Assembly (NCBI GenBank): GCA_963704165.1
Contig: CAVPHD010000007.1
Coordinates: 96,001 to 160,000, forward strand
Source: an uncultured delta proteobacterium
Lineage (GTDB): Bacteria > Myxococcota_A > UBA9160 > SZUA-336
Length of the DNA stretch: 64,000 nt
Direction: 5' to 3'
The position numbers and the translations under genes were made by a program. Below the pieces are notes generated by a model. The model saw only the letters and a list, made by a program, of their open reading frames with translations. It ran no database searches and had not been told where the DNA came from. Positions within the stretch are counted from its first letter, which is position 1. Each line of letters opens with the position of its first letter. Shown here piece by piece: positions 51,284 to 61,399 of the stretch.

Positions 51284-52353
51284 ATCCCGGTGAGGCCGCG
51301 ATAGAGCGCGCGGAGTTGCAGCGCGGAGGCGTCCCAGGACATCGCGTGCGCGCGTCGAAGGCCGCGAGCGCGCAGATCGGCTCGGAGCGAATCATCGAAC
51401 GCGGCGCGGCGAAGCGCGTCTCCGAGCGCCTCGCTCGAGCGGGCATCGACGAGCAGGGCGGCGTCACCCACGACCTCGGGCAACGAGGCCGCATTCGAGC
51501 ACACGACCGGAGTTCCGCACGCCATCGCCTCGAGAGCGGTCAAGCCGAAGCCCTCGTACAGGCTTGGAACGGCGCAGACGCGTGCGGCGCCGATCAGTGC
51601 GATCAGATCGTCCTCCGGAACGCCGGTCATCCGAGTGGTCCGCGCGCGCATGCCGGTCCGGTCGAGCGCGGCCTCGACCTCGGCTCCGCCGTCGCTGGCC
51701 CGACCGACGAGCACGAGATGAAGCGCCTCCAGGTGCGCGACCGCTTCGATCAGCGTCGCGAAGTTCTTTCGCGGGGTCAGAAGCCCGATCGAGATCACGT
51801 AGTCGCCGTACTTCGCGCGTATCGGCTCCAAGGTCTCGGCCGGGAGCGGGCGGAACCGCGAGGTATCGACGCCGAGCAACACCGGGTGCACGCGCTCGGC
51901 GGGCAGGTGGTAGTGCTCGCGGATCTCGTTCGCGGTGAACTCGCTGTAGGTCATCACGTGATCCGCACGCTCGATTGCGGTGGCGAGCTTCGAACTTCTT
52001 CGCTCGTGCCACGACGGTGTCACCCAGGCGGGATTTCGTACCGCGTTCAAGTCGTGGATCGTGACGAGCTTGGTCATGCGCGGGGTACGCGGAAGGTACG
52101 GCGCCATCGAGTGCAGGAGGCGTGCGCCGCGCAGCGCGAACGAGTTGAGTGGACCGGTGAGCACGCGCGAGTACGCATTCGGTGCGCTCGCGTGCCAGGC
52201 ATTTCGGCGCCGCCAGCGAGTCACGCGATGGCAGAGCGCGTACCGGGTCTTGTGATCCTGCATGAGCAGGGCACTCGTGAGTGCTCGGATCGTTCCCCCG
52301 ACGCCACCGAGAGGTGGACGCCCCGCGGCCGAGCTGACCTCGAGAGCAATCAC
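51280..52353 (-). CDS. Family 4 (GT-B) glycosyltransferase
   Basis: VTIHDL, PRKN, PSLYEGFGLTALEAMACG and SLPEVVGDA motifs. Confidence 0.92.
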   Translation of the reverse strand: MIALEVSSAAGRPPLGGVGGTIRALTSALLMQDHKTRYALCHRVTRWRRRNAWHASAPNAYSRVLTGPLNSFALRGARLLHSMAPYLPRTPRMTKLVTIHDLNAVRNPAWVTPSWHERRSSKLATAIERADHVMTYSEFTANEIREHYHLPAERVHPVLLGVDTSRFRPLPAETLEPIRAKYGDYVISIGLLTPRKNFATLIEAVAHLEALHLVLVGRASDGGAEVEAALDRTGMRARTTRMTGVPEDDLIALIGAARVCAVPSLYEGFGLTALEAMACGTPVVCSNAASLPEVVGDAALLVDARSSEALGDALRRAAFDDSLRADLRARGLRRAHAMSWDASALQLRALYRGLTGI

Positions 52354-52362
52354 CCTGACAAA

Positions 52363-53151
52363 CTAACTCGACTCACTCAGAAGTACAGGCAAGAGCTTTC
52401 CGATCGGCCCTCGTACGATGGCATCGGCGATCTCATCCATCTCGGTGGGATCACGATTGACGATGACGACCCTGGCCCCGGCGCGCTTGGCGACCGGGAC
52501 GATACCCGCGATCGGAAAGACCGAGAGCGTGCTGCCGATCGCGAGCAGGAGGTCGCAGCTCTCGGCCGCAGATTCCGCGCGCTGCAGGTCGTGTGCGACG
52601 AGGTTCTGGCCGAACGAGATCGTCGCGGACTTCAGGATGCCACCGCAGCTCCGGCATTCGGGATCGTCCTCGCCAGCGCGCACGCGAGCGAGCGCGCGCT
52701 CCATCGGAGCGCGTTCGCCGCAGCCCAGGCAGGTGACCTCGTGCACCGTGCCGTGGATCTCGACGATGCGTTCGGGCGAGGAGCCCGCGGCCTGATGCAG
52801 GCCGTCGACGTTCTGAGTGATCAGCGTGTGCAGTCGCCCGGTCTGCTCGAGCGCGGCGAGCGCGAGGTGACCGGCGTTCGGCCGAGCCTGCCACGCGGGT
52901 GATTCCAGCCGATTCCGCCAGGCGCGCCGGCGTACTTCGGGATCGGCGACGTAGTGGGAGAGGGTCGCCATCTTCTCGGCGCCTGGGTTCCGGGTCCAGA
53001 CGCCCTGGGGTCCGCGGAAGTCGGGGATGCCCGACTCGGTCGAGATGCCCGCACCCGTCAGGACGACGATCCGCCGGGCGTCGGCGATCCAAACCGGCGA
53101 CCTCTCGCAGGTCCGAGTTCGCGTCGCGCATCGATTCATTCTCGCACGCAC
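52363..53151 (-). CDS. Sir2/CobB-family NAD-dependent protein deacylase
   Basis: TGAGISTESGIPDFRG, TQNVDGLHQAAG, EIHG, two CxxC and GSTL motifs. Start could be ATG 53139. Confidence 0.94.
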   Translation of the reverse strand: MRARMNRCATRTRTCERSPVWIADARRIVVLTGAGISTESGIPDFRGPQGVWTRNPGAEKMATLSHYVADPEVRRRAWRNRLESPAWQARPNAGHLALAALEQTGRLHTLITQNVDGLHQAAGSSPERIVEIHGTVHEVTCLGCGERAPMERALARVRAGEDDPECRSCGGILKSATISFGQNLVAHDLQRAESAAESCDLLLAIGSTLSVFPIAGIVPVAKRAGARVVIVNRDPTEMDEIADAIVRGPIGKLLPVLLSESS

Positions 53152-53189
53152 TGGCGCGCCGTGACGAGATTCTCCTACGATCCGGTTCC

Positions 53190-53765
53190 ATGAACGAAGC
53201 CCCGACGTCGTACCACTCTCCGAAGCTCGAGCCTCGGCAGATCGACGGAAAGGGTGGCCGTGCGCTCGTCGTTTGGGAGCCGATCGAGAAGGGCGAGCTC
53301 GTCGTCGTCTGGGGTGGCGAGGTCGTACACGCCTCGCGGATCGACGCGCTCTCGCCTGCGGAACGGCTGCTGACGATCCAGGTCGAGGAGGATCTGTACC
53401 TGGTCTCGGGTCGGGACGGCCCGGCGGACTGGGTGAACCACTCGTGCGATCCGAACTGCGGGCTGTCGGGGCAGATCGCGCTCGTCGCCATGCGTCGGCT
53501 CGAGCCCGGTGAGGAGGTCTGCTTCGACTACGCGATGAGTGATGGATCGTCCTACGATCAATTCACTTGCGGCTGCGGCACGAGCCGCTGCCGGGGTCGG
53601 ATCGGCGCGGACGACTGGAGTCGCCCGGAGCTCTGGAAGCGGTACCGCGGGTACTTCTCACCGTATCTTCAGCGCCGCATCGACGCCAAGCTGGCGGCGA
53701 AGCGGCGGTTGCGGTCTCATAGCGACGGGAATCGAGAGGTGAGGCGAGAGGGGAGGCGAACGTGA
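53190..53765 (+). CDS. SET + post-SET domain protein-lysine methyltransferase
   Basis: ATG 53190; GKGGRAL, NHSCDPNC, GEEVCFDY and post-SET CGCGTSRCRG. Confidence 0.92.
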   Translation: MNEAPTSYHSPKLEPRQIDGKGGRALVVWEPIEKGELVVVWGGEVVHASRIDALSPAERLLTIQVEEDLYLVSGRDGPADWVNHSCDPNCGLSGQIALVAMRRLEPGEEVCFDYAMSDGSSYDQFTCGCGTSRCRGRIGADDWSRPELWKRYRGYFSPYLQRRIDAKLAAKRRLRSHSDGNREVRREGRRT

Positions 53766-54901
53766 GCGATCCAGTCCAGGAGTACGACGGCGCGATCGAC
53801 CGCGGGCTCGAGGGCGTCGTCACGTGCACGACCTCGATCAGCACGATCGAGGGCTCGACGCTGCTGTATCGGGGCTTCACGATCGAAGACCTCGCAGCGA
53901 ACGCGACCTTCGAGGAGGTCGTCTACCTGCTCTGGTACGGGTGGCTGCCGACTCGGCGCGAGCTGGAGGAGTTCTCGACCGACCTCCACCACAGCATGGC
54001 GCTGCCGCCCGAGTCTTTCGGCTGGTTCCACGGGCTCCCCACGCGCGTGCACCCGATGGACTTCCTGCACGCCGTGATCGCCGGGCTGACGCTTCACGAT
54101 CCCGACGCGAACCTCGTGAACGCCGCCGCGACGCTGCGCAAGTCGACGCGCCTGGCCGCCCGGGTGGGCACGATCGTCACCGCCTACCAGCGCGTTCGCA
54201 GCGGCCAGTGGCCGCTGCAGCCGCTTCCCGACAAGTCCATCGCCTGGAACTTCCTGTACATGCTGAAGGGCGAGGAGCCCGACGAGAAGGAGGTCCGGCG
54301 TTTCGACACCTGCCTGATCCTGCACGCGGATCACGAGCTGAACGCCTCCGCGTTCTCGGCGCGTGTCACCTCGAGCACCCTCTCGGGGATCTACTCGAGC
54401 GTCATGGCCGCGATCGGCACGCTGAAGGGACCGCTCCACGGCGGCGCGAACGAGCAGGTCGCGCGGATGCTGCTCGAGATCAAGTCTCCCGATCGGCTCG
54501 AAGCGTGGCTCGAAGCCGCGCTCGCATCCGGCGAGAAGATCATGGGCTTCGGACATCGCGTGTACAAAGAGGGCGACCCGCGCGCGAAGATCCTGAAGGT
54601 GATGAGCCGCGAGATCACCCAGGAGGTCGGGCATCCGGAGCTCTACGAGATGAGCGCCCGTCTCGAAGATCTGATGGGCCAGCGCAAGGGATTGATCTGC
54701 AACGTCGATTTCCACTCGGCCGCGGTCTACTACTGCATGGGCATTCCGATCGACCTGTTCACACCCGTCTTCGCGACCAGCCGCATTGCCGGATGGTGCG
54801 CGCACGTGCTCGAGCAGTATCAGAACAACCGGATCTACCGGCCGCGAGGGAAGTACGTCGGACCCAAGGGAGAGGTCTACACCCCGATCGACGAGCGCTG
54901 A
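53762..54901 (+). CDS. Citrate synthase (short dimeric-type citrate/2-methylcitrate synthase family)
   Basis: GLEGV, LYRG, HADHELNAS, GPLHGGANE, MGFGHRVYK..DPR and NVDF motifs. Confidence 0.95.
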   Translation: MSDPVQEYDGAIDRGLEGVVTCTTSISTIEGSTLLYRGFTIEDLAANATFEEVVYLLWYGWLPTRRELEEFSTDLHHSMALPPESFGWFHGLPTRVHPMDFLHAVIAGLTLHDPDANLVNAAATLRKSTRLAARVGTIVTAYQRVRSGQWPLQPLPDKSIAWNFLYMLKGEEPDEKEVRRFDTCLILHADHELNASAFSARVTSSTLSGIYSSVMAAIGTLKGPLHGGANEQVARMLLEIKSPDRLEAWLEAALASGEKIMGFGHRVYKEGDPRAKILKVMSREITQEVGHPELYEMSARLEDLMGQRKGLICNVDFHSAAVYYCMGIPIDLFTPVFATSRIAGWCAHVLEQYQNNRIYRPRGKYVGPKGEVYTPIDER

Positions 54902-54977
54902 GGGCGGCGGGATCTCGAGTCCGGAGCGAGCCAGCAAGGAGTCGATCGCCGCTCAGCTTCTGCGCGGAGCCTGGCGG

Positions 54978-55160
54978 TTGATCGTGCTCGTCGTTGGTGG
55001 GACGGTCTTGCTGATCGGCGTCGCGATGGTCGTCCTGCCCGGGCCCGCGTTCGTCGTGATTCCCGCGGGTCTGGCGATCCTGGCCACCGAGTTCGTCTGG
55101 GCGCGACGCCTGCTCGTACGCGTGCGCGACTACGCGCGCCACACGCTGGGCCGATCGTAG
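54978..55160 (+). CDS. PGPGW-domain small membrane protein (start uncertain, may lie further upstream)
   Basis: VVGGTVLLIGVAMVVLPGPAFVVIPAGLAILATEFVWARRLL. Confidence 0.75.
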   Translation: MIVLVVGGTVLLIGVAMVVLPGPAFVVIPAGLAILATEFVWARRLLVRVRDYARHTLGRS

Positions 55161-55167
55161 CTTCGAC

Positions 55168-56370
55168 CTAACGCGCCTCGATCCGCTGGCCCTCGCGCAG
55201 GTCGGGTGCGTCGCCGACGACGAGCGCCTCGCCGCCGGAGAGGCCCTCGACGACGTCCACCTGCTCACCTCGGGTCGTGCCCGTGCGAAGCGCCTGCCGG
55301 CGCAGGCGCCCTCCCGAGACGACCCAGGCGTAGGTTCCGTTCGCGTCGTTGCGGACCGATGATCCCGGCACGAGAACGAGTGCGGATCCGCCGGACTCCG
55401 CCGGTCGCTCGTTGCCGAGGAAGTGGACCCGCACGCTCATGTCCGGCAGCAGGGCCTCGTCCGGGCTCTCGAGCGAGACCTCGACTTTGAGCGTGCCCTT
55501 CTGGCGATTCACCTGCGGGTAGAGCTTCACGAGCTTCGCCGAGTAGGTCTTGTCCGGGTAGGCGTCGGGAACGACCTGGGCCTTCTGTCCGAGCGAGATG
55601 CGCGCGAGATCGGTCTCCGAGATGTCCACCTCGGCGCGAAGCTCGTTCAGATTCGCCATCCGGATCAGCTCGCCCGAACCCGCGAAGCCGCCGGGCACCG
55701 CGATCTCACCGACCTCCTTCAGCTTCGCGAGAATCACACCGTCGGTGGGCGCGCGGAGAACCGTGTAGTCGAGGTTCACCTGCGACTGGGCGATCTCCGC
55801 CTCGAGCTGTGCGATCTGCGCGCGATCCACGCGCAGCAGCGTGTTGGCCTGATCGAGATCCGCTTGCGATGCGTAGTTCTCCGCGCGGAGCTTGGCTTTG
55901 CGGTCGGCGTCGAGCCGGTGGAGCTGGGCATTCGCACGGACGACCTCGAGCCTCGCCCTCATGCTCTCGAGCGCGGCCCGGTAGTCGCGGTCGTCGAGCT
56001 GGACGAGCGGATCACCGGCCTTCACGCGATCCGATTCCTCGACGAAGAATTTCTCGATCCGTCCGGGTATGCGCGTGCCGACCGAGATGTACTTGTCGGC
56101 GGTGACGACGTAGCCGGAGCCCGAGAGCACCTGCGCGACCGGTGCGCGGCCGCCCGCTTCGACCCGGCTCGCGTAGGCGACCGTGACCTCCCGCGGGCTG
56201 CTCCGAAGCCACCAGGCCACGAGACCGAGCGCGATCGCGACGATGAGAGCGAGTCCGACGATCCACCCCCCGAGCGGTCGTCGGCTCGGAGGCCTCGAAG
56301 TCGACGTTCCGCGATCGATGCGGAGAGCCTGGAGATCGTCGCGGAGGTTTCGAGGTGCTTCGGCGGCCAT
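55168..56370 (-). CDS. MacA-type periplasmic adaptor subunit
   Basis: TM anchor, SGYVV, lipoyl halves (GDPLVQLD, RAPTDGVI), beta-barrel (LLPDMSV). Confidence 0.9.
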   Translation of the reverse strand: MAAEAPRNLRDDLQALRIDRGTSTSRPPSRRPLGGWIVGLALIVAIALGLVAWWLRSSPREVTVAYASRVEAGGRAPVAQVLSGSGYVVTADKYISVGTRIPGRIEKFFVEESDRVKAGDPLVQLDDRDYRAALESMRARLEVVRANAQLHRLDADRKAKLRAENYASQADLDQANTLLRVDRAQIAQLEAEIAQSQVNLDYTVLRAPTDGVILAKLKEVGEIAVPGGFAGSGELIRMANLNELRAEVDISETDLARISLGQKAQVVPDAYPDKTYSAKLVKLYPQVNRQKGTLKVEVSLESPDEALLPDMSVRVHFLGNERPAESGGSALVLVPGSSVRNDANGTYAWVVSGGRLRRQALRTGTTRGEQVDVVEGLSGGEALVVGDAPDLREGQRIEAR

Positions 56371-56371
56371 G

Positions 56372-57550
56372 CTAGGCCCTCCGCAGTGCGTCGACGGGCC
56401 GCATGCGCGCGGCGCGCGCGGCGGGCGCGAGGCCGCCGAACACGCCGATCAGTGCCGACAACACGAGTGGCATCGCGAGGTCGGCCGGTGCGACGCGGAG
56501 TTGAATCACATTCGTCGTGAAGGTGGCCGCGCCGAATGCGATCCCGCCGAGCAGCCAGGAGATGAACAGGCCGAGCGCCCACGCGCCGATCGCTCCGATC
56601 GCGAAGGCGAAGAGCGCCGTCATGACGGACTCGAAGAGGAACGAGAACAGAATCGACGCGCGGGAGAAGCCGAGCGCGCGCAGCGTGCCGATCTCGGCGG
56701 TGCGTGACTGCACCGCGGCGTACATCGTGTTCGTCGCGCCGAAGATCGCCCCGACACCCGCGAGCACCGCCAGGCCGATCACGATGAAATACAGCGTGTT
56801 CGCCGACGCCGAGAGCGTCTGGTAGTAGTCGATCTCGCGCGTGGCCTCGAGTGCGTGCCGTGGATCGTCCCCGATGCGTCGCGCAAGCGCGTCCATGTCG
56901 GCCCCGGGCGCGACGCGCACCCGGAGGCCCGAGTAGGGCAGGGGGCGCTTCGCGTCGCTCGCGAGCTGGCGCGCGTCGACCCAGACCTCGCTCTCGAACG
57001 ACGAGCCTCCCGATTCGAGAATGCCGACGACCTTCCAGGTTCCGCGCCCGAACCGGAGCTCCGAGCCGAGCGACGCTCCCGCGTAGCGTCGCGCGACACC
57101 GCGGCCGACGACGGCCTCGCCGCTCGAGGGGTCGAACATGCGGCCCTCGACGATCGAGACTTCGTCGTGGACGAGCAGGGCCATCGGCTCCACGCCGCGC
57201 ACGAGCACGTTCTCGCGCCCACCGTCGGAAGTGGTGAAGAACGGCTGCACGACGAGCTCGGGCGAGATCATCGGGTTGCCCTCGGCATCGCGCGCGATTC
57301 CCTCGAAGAATCGAATCGCCTGGAGCGACTCGAGTGAGAGCTGACTCGAGCCGTCGTTCGAGGCTCCCTTGCGCATCACGATCAGATTTTCGGGTGACCC
57401 GGACGAGACCAGCGTTCGTTTCAGGCTGGCGATCAGACTCCAGAACAGGGTCGTGGCGATCACGACGAGGGCGATCACCGCGACCGTGAACGCCGTTCGC
57501 GTGCCACGCGCGATCAGGCTTCGCCAAGGATAGGAGAGCGGCAGGGCCAT
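56372..57550 (-). CDS. MacB/FtsX-family ABC permease
   Basis: ATG 57550; NTMYAAVQSRTAEIGTLRALGF and PAARAARM..DALR motifs. Confidence 0.9.
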   Translation of the reverse strand: MALPLSYPWRSLIARGTRTAFTVAVIALVVIATTLFWSLIASLKRTLVSSGSPENLIVMRKGASNDGSSQLSLESLQAIRFFEGIARDAEGNPMISPELVVQPFFTTSDGGRENVLVRGVEPMALLVHDEVSIVEGRMFDPSSGEAVVGRGVARRYAGASLGSELRFGRGTWKVVGILESGGSSFESEVWVDARQLASDAKRPLPYSGLRVRVAPGADMDALARRIGDDPRHALEATREIDYYQTLSASANTLYFIVIGLAVLAGVGAIFGATNTMYAAVQSRTAEIGTLRALGFSRASILFSFLFESVMTALFAFAIGAIGAWALGLFISWLLGGIAFGAATFTTNVIQLRVAPADLAMPLVLSALIGVFGGLAPAARAARMRPVDALRRA

Positions 57551-57555
57551 GACGC

Positions 57556-58722
57556 CTAGAACACCTCGCGCAGCGATTGCGCGACGCTTCGCTTCGAAGC
57601 TCCGAGCGCGGGCAGCCAGCCGGAGACGATCCCGATGAAGAACGCGAGGAATACGGCCTGTACGAGGATCGCGTCGCTGACGACGAATCCCGTGAGAGGT
57701 CCGAGCTGCGCGCCCCCCGTGTCCGTGGTCGATCGAAGCATCGACGTCAACGCGAGCGAGAGCAGCGCGCCGACGGCACCCGCGAGGGTCGAGAGCAGGA
57801 CGGCCTCGGCGAGCAACGTCGCGAAGATCATGCGGTTGCGAAATCCGATCGCCTTCAAAATCGCGATCTCGCCCACGCGCTCGCGAACCGACAGGCTCGC
57901 GGTGTTCGCAGCGATGAAGACGATGCAGAGCGTGACGATGCCCGCGACGATCAGGATGACCGTCACGATTCCCTTCAAGTTGCCGAAGAAGTTCCCGAAG
58001 AAGCTCTTCTCGGTCTCGGACGCCGTCTCCGCCTCGCTGTTCCGAAACATCTCGTCGATCTGCCGCATGACCGGAGTCACGCGCTCGGGATCGTCGATTC
58101 GTGACCAGATCATGCCGGTCACGTCGAAGGCCGAGCCCGCCGACTGCAGGGCCTGCACCAGATACTCGCGTTGGAAGTAGAACTGCGGGGACTGCGCGTT
58201 CGGCACTTCGCCTACGATTCGGAACGACAGCTCGAGCGGGAAGACGGTGCTCTGGAGTGTGACGACGTCCCCGACCTTCCACCTCATCTTGTCGAGCGTG
58301 CCGCGGCCCACGAGAGCCGCGTCGCGATACCTCCGGAAGTCCGCGAGCGCATCGGGCGCGATCTTCCAGTCCTCGTAGACCCGGCCGAAGTCTTCCGGGT
58401 CGACGGCAAAGTTCGGGAACTGCACGCCCTTGGTCGGGTCCGCCGCGCCGCCGAACCACTGCCAGCTGACCGCGGCGACGACGCCCGGAATGCCGCGCAC
58501 CTTCTGCAGGTACGAGTACGGCATGCTGTAGACCATGCCCGCTTGATTGTGCGTCGAGATGCGGGTGTTCGAGGCGATCGAGGTCAGAAGACCGTCCATG
58601 CCGGCGGGCATCGTGCGCAGGATGCAGACGAGGGCGATCGCCAACGCGATCGCCGCGGCGGTGAGCAGCGAGCGGAGCTTGTTGCGCCCGAGATTCCGCA
58701 GGATGAACGGCAGGAACTTCAC
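57556..58722 (-). CDS. MacB/FtsX-family ABC permease
   Basis: GTG 58722; [13 protein letters not shown] and [17 protein letters not shown] motifs. Confidence 0.9.
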   Translation of the reverse strand: MKFLPFILRNLGRNKLRSLLTAAAIALAIALVCILRTMPAGMDGLLTSIASNTRISTHNQAGMVYSMPYSYLQKVRGIPGVVAAVSWQWFGGAADPTKGVQFPNFAVDPEDFGRVYEDWKIAPDALADFRRYRDAALVGRGTLDKMRWKVGDVVTLQSTVFPLELSFRIVGEVPNAQSPQFYFQREYLVQALQSAGSAFDVTGMIWSRIDDPERVTPVMRQIDEMFRNSEAETASETEKSFFGNFFGNLKGIVTVILIVAGIVTLCIVFIAANTASLSVRERVGEIAILKAIGFRNRMIFATLLAEAVLLSTLAGAVGALLSLALTSMLRSTTDTGGAQLGPLTGFVVSDAILVQAVFLAFFIGIVSGWLPALGASKRSVAQSLREVF

Positions 58723-59462
58723 CGCGATGCCGCCAGCTCGCGCGATCCGCCACCCGGTCGTGTCTCGAGCAGCACGCCCTTGTCGAGGTGGATCACCTCG
58801 TCCACCCATTTCTCGGCGCGTGGATCGTGCGTGACGATCACGACGGTCTTTCCGAAGTCGCGCTTCAGGGTCTGAAGCAGCGAGAGGATCTCCTCGGCGT
58901 TTCGCGCGTCGAGGTCTCCCGTCGGCTCGTCCGCGACGATCAGGTCCGCGTCGCTCACGATCGCGCGCGCGATCGCCACGCGCTGCTGCTCACCTCCGGA
59001 CAGCTGCCTCGGGAGGTGCGTCGCGCGTTCCTGCAGGCCCACGATCCGCAGCGCCGTCTCGGCGCGCTTGCGCCGCTCGGTGCGCGAGAGCTTCGTGAGC
59101 AGGAGCGGGAGCTCCACGTTCTCGACCGCCGACAGAACCGGGATCAGATTGAAGAACTGGAAGACGAAGCCGACCGTCCGCGCCCGGAACTCGGCGAGCT
59201 GGTCCTCGCTGAGTTCGTTCAGCCGATTCTCCCCGACGTTCACCTCGCCCGAGCTCGGCCGATCCAGTCCGGCGAGCACGTTCAAGAGCGTGGATTTGCC
59301 CGAGCCCGAGGGGCCCATCAGCGCGACGAAGCGACCTTTCGGTACGTGCAAGCTCACGTTCTTCAGCGCGTGGATCGCGTCCGCGCCGCGCTGATAGACA
59401 CGGGAGACGTCGAGAAGGTCGATCAAGGGCGACTCCTCGCCAGCTGCGAAGGGCCCGATCAT
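58719..59462 (-). CDS. ABC ATP-binding protein (LolD/MacB-type)
   Basis: [35 protein letters not shown] and VTHD motifs. Confidence 0.93.
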   Translation of the reverse strand: MIGPFAAGEESPLIDLLDVSRVYQRGADAIHALKNVSLHVPKGRFVALMGPSGSGKSTLLNVLAGLDRPSSGEVNVGENRLNELSEDQLAEFRARTVGFVFQFFNLIPVLSAVENVELPLLLTKLSRTERRKRAETALRIVGLQERATHLPRQLSGGEQQRVAIARAIVSDADLIVADEPTGDLDARNAEEILSLLQTLKRDFGKTVVIVTHDPRAEKWVDEVIHLDKGVLLETRPGGGSRELAASR

Positions 59463-59507
59463 ATCGGATCGGACCCTCGGTCGCGCTGCCTCGGGAGTCC
59501 TCTGCCC

Positions 59508-61325
59508 CTACAAGCCGTGTCGGAGTTCGGTGACCACGCGAATCAGGCCGTCGAGCACACGACGGACGTCGCGGTCCACGGGAGGCGGCGTCCGTCGGGG
59601 GCCGTCGGGGTTCAGGTCCTGATGGTTCACGAACGCCGCGATCACGCGCATCAGCCCGTCGCACCCGAGCCTGCGCCGGTGGCGCAGAAGGCGATCCGTC
59701 GCGTACTCGGCACCGTCCCCGGTGATGCGCTCGCGTCGATTGATCACCGCGCTGCGATTCGCGACCTCGGCCAGGAGCTCGGGAAGTCCTCGGCGTTCGT
59801 GCCGCGAAGCGGCGCGAAGGAGTGCTAGGTACTCCCGTTGCAGCTCACGGGCGCGGCGCGCGCGTGTGGGTGTGCAGGCGCGATCCGCGCGCTTCGAGTA
59901 GCTCGAGCTCGCGAGCTCGACCAGCTCTCGCGCGCTCAGGTTCCGCTCCCCGCTCGCGAAGCGCCGTGTGAGCTCGCGCAGCAGGTCGCGGGTGCTGAAG
60001 ATCGCGTTCCAGGTCAGCCCGTCGGCGGCCTTCGACGGCCCGCGCAACGCGCGCGCTCGCTCGAAGTACGCGTGCGCGCGGCGCAGCCGCGCGAGCGTGG
60101 GAGCTCGCGTGCGCGCGATCCAGGCGCCGGTCGCGACGCTGAATCCGAGCTTGTGGACGAAGAGGCGCGTCTTGGTCGCTTCGAACTCCGCGTCGAAGAT
60201 GCGCAGCAGCGGGTCGCGTCGGAAGCTCGCGAGCGGGCGCTTGCGGCCGGTCGAGACGAAGTCGCGGATCTGCGCGAAGCACTGCGCGACGAAGCGCGCC
60301 TTCACGCGCTGTTCGGGAATGGTCGTCGACCAGCGATCGTCGTCGTCGAAGCGGTACTCGCGGTGGTACAGTCCGAACTGGCGCACCGACCCATAGTCGA
60401 TGATGCCGCCGTTCGCGAGTACGTTGTCGCCGTCCCAGTCCAGCCAGCAGAAGATGTACTCGCTCTCGAACGTCGCCGCGGCGCGCGCGAAGACGCGGGC
60501 GGTCTCTTCGGCCATGAATCGGATCCGCTCCGGACCGGGGGGAAGTTCCGGCCAGTCGCGATTCGCGATCTGGCGTTCGCAGAAGAGATCGACCGCCGCG
60601 CGGAGTCTCTCGAGATCGTTTTGCTTGAGCGGCGCGAACAGGTGCGAGGGCCGGATCAGATTCCGCCCGGCTCGCACGTTGATCGCTTGGCCGTTCGGAA
60701 GTGCGATCACGGCCAGCACGCGCTCGGTCTCGATGCCGTTGCGGTGGAAGGTTTCGGAGAGGAGAGCGGCGGCGATGCCCTCACCGAGCGCGGCGGTCCC
60801 GCAGCCATAGGAAGCCTGGTTGGATCCAGAACGGAAGAAGCGCCCCTCGATGGCCGTCGCCGGACACAGACGTGTGACGCCGGTTCCGCAGCTCGAAACG
60901 TCCCAGGTGATTCCCGCATGGCGGACCGTGCCGTTCCAGATGCTCCGTCCATCGCCGGAGGTCTTTCCGCTGCGCCCCGGGTGCTGGAGCTGCAGGTACC
61001 GCGTGGCCATGTACGACCCGGGCAGGCGCTCGCGCGCGGGCACCCGGACCCGGTGCAGATGATCCCACTCGTTGATGATCCGCAGCCCGAAGGTGCGCAG
61101 GATCGCGCGCTCGAGCTCGCGGTTCAGGCGCTCCGGGTGGCTTCGCGGGACGAGCCCCATCTCCTTCGCGAGCGGGAAATTGAAGAACGCCACCTGGCCG
61201 TTTCGGCGGCTTCGCGCCGAGTAGTCGACGAAGCCGCCGGGCACACGTCGCTTCCACGGGTGGGACCCGTCGATGCGCCCGAAGCGCGGATAACGGCGTG
61301 CGCGTGCGGCTCTTCCTGCGGCCAC
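59508..61325 (-). CDS. Divergent SelO/YdiU-like kinase-fold protein
   Basis: SGDGRS, WDVSSCGTGVT, LSETFHRNGIETERVL, VRAGRNLIRPSHLF and DGDNVLANGGIIDYG align by eye, in order, with SelO motifs. Confidence 0.7.
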   Translation of the reverse strand: MAAGRAARARRYPRFGRIDGSHPWKRRVPGGFVDYSARSRRNGQVAFFNFPLAKEMGLVPRSHPERLNRELERAILRTFGLRIINEWDHLHRVRVPARERLPGSYMATRYLQLQHPGRSGKTSGDGRSIWNGTVRHAGITWDVSSCGTGVTRLCPATAIEGRFFRSGSNQASYGCGTAALGEGIAAALLSETFHRNGIETERVLAVIALPNGQAINVRAGRNLIRPSHLFAPLKQNDLERLRAAVDLFCERQIANRDWPELPPGPERIRFMAEETARVFARAAATFESEYIFCWLDWDGDNVLANGGIIDYGSVRQFGLYHREYRFDDDDRWSTTIPEQRVKARFVAQCFAQIRDFVSTGRKRPLASFRRDPLLRIFDAEFEATKTRLFVHKLGFSVATGAWIARTRAPTLARLRRAHAYFERARALRGPSKAADGLTWNAIFSTRDLLRELTRRFASGERNLSARELVELASSSYSKRADRACTPTRARRARELQREYLALLRAASRHERRGLPELLAEVANRSAVINRRERITGDGAEYATDRLLRHRRRLGCDGLMRVIAAFVNHQDLNPDGPRRTPPPVDRDVRRVLDGLIRVVTELRHGL

Positions 61326-61399
61326 CTGTGCTTCCTCGACGTCGCATCGGAGGAGTGCACGGGTGTCTTTAGGGTACGATGCGCACAGGAGGCGACGTC

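Noticed and set aside
52363..53151. SIR2 anti-phage defence effector
   Set aside because: Has the zinc-binding CxxC pairs, size and motifs of a housekeeping CobB-type sirtuin, with no defence partner genes.
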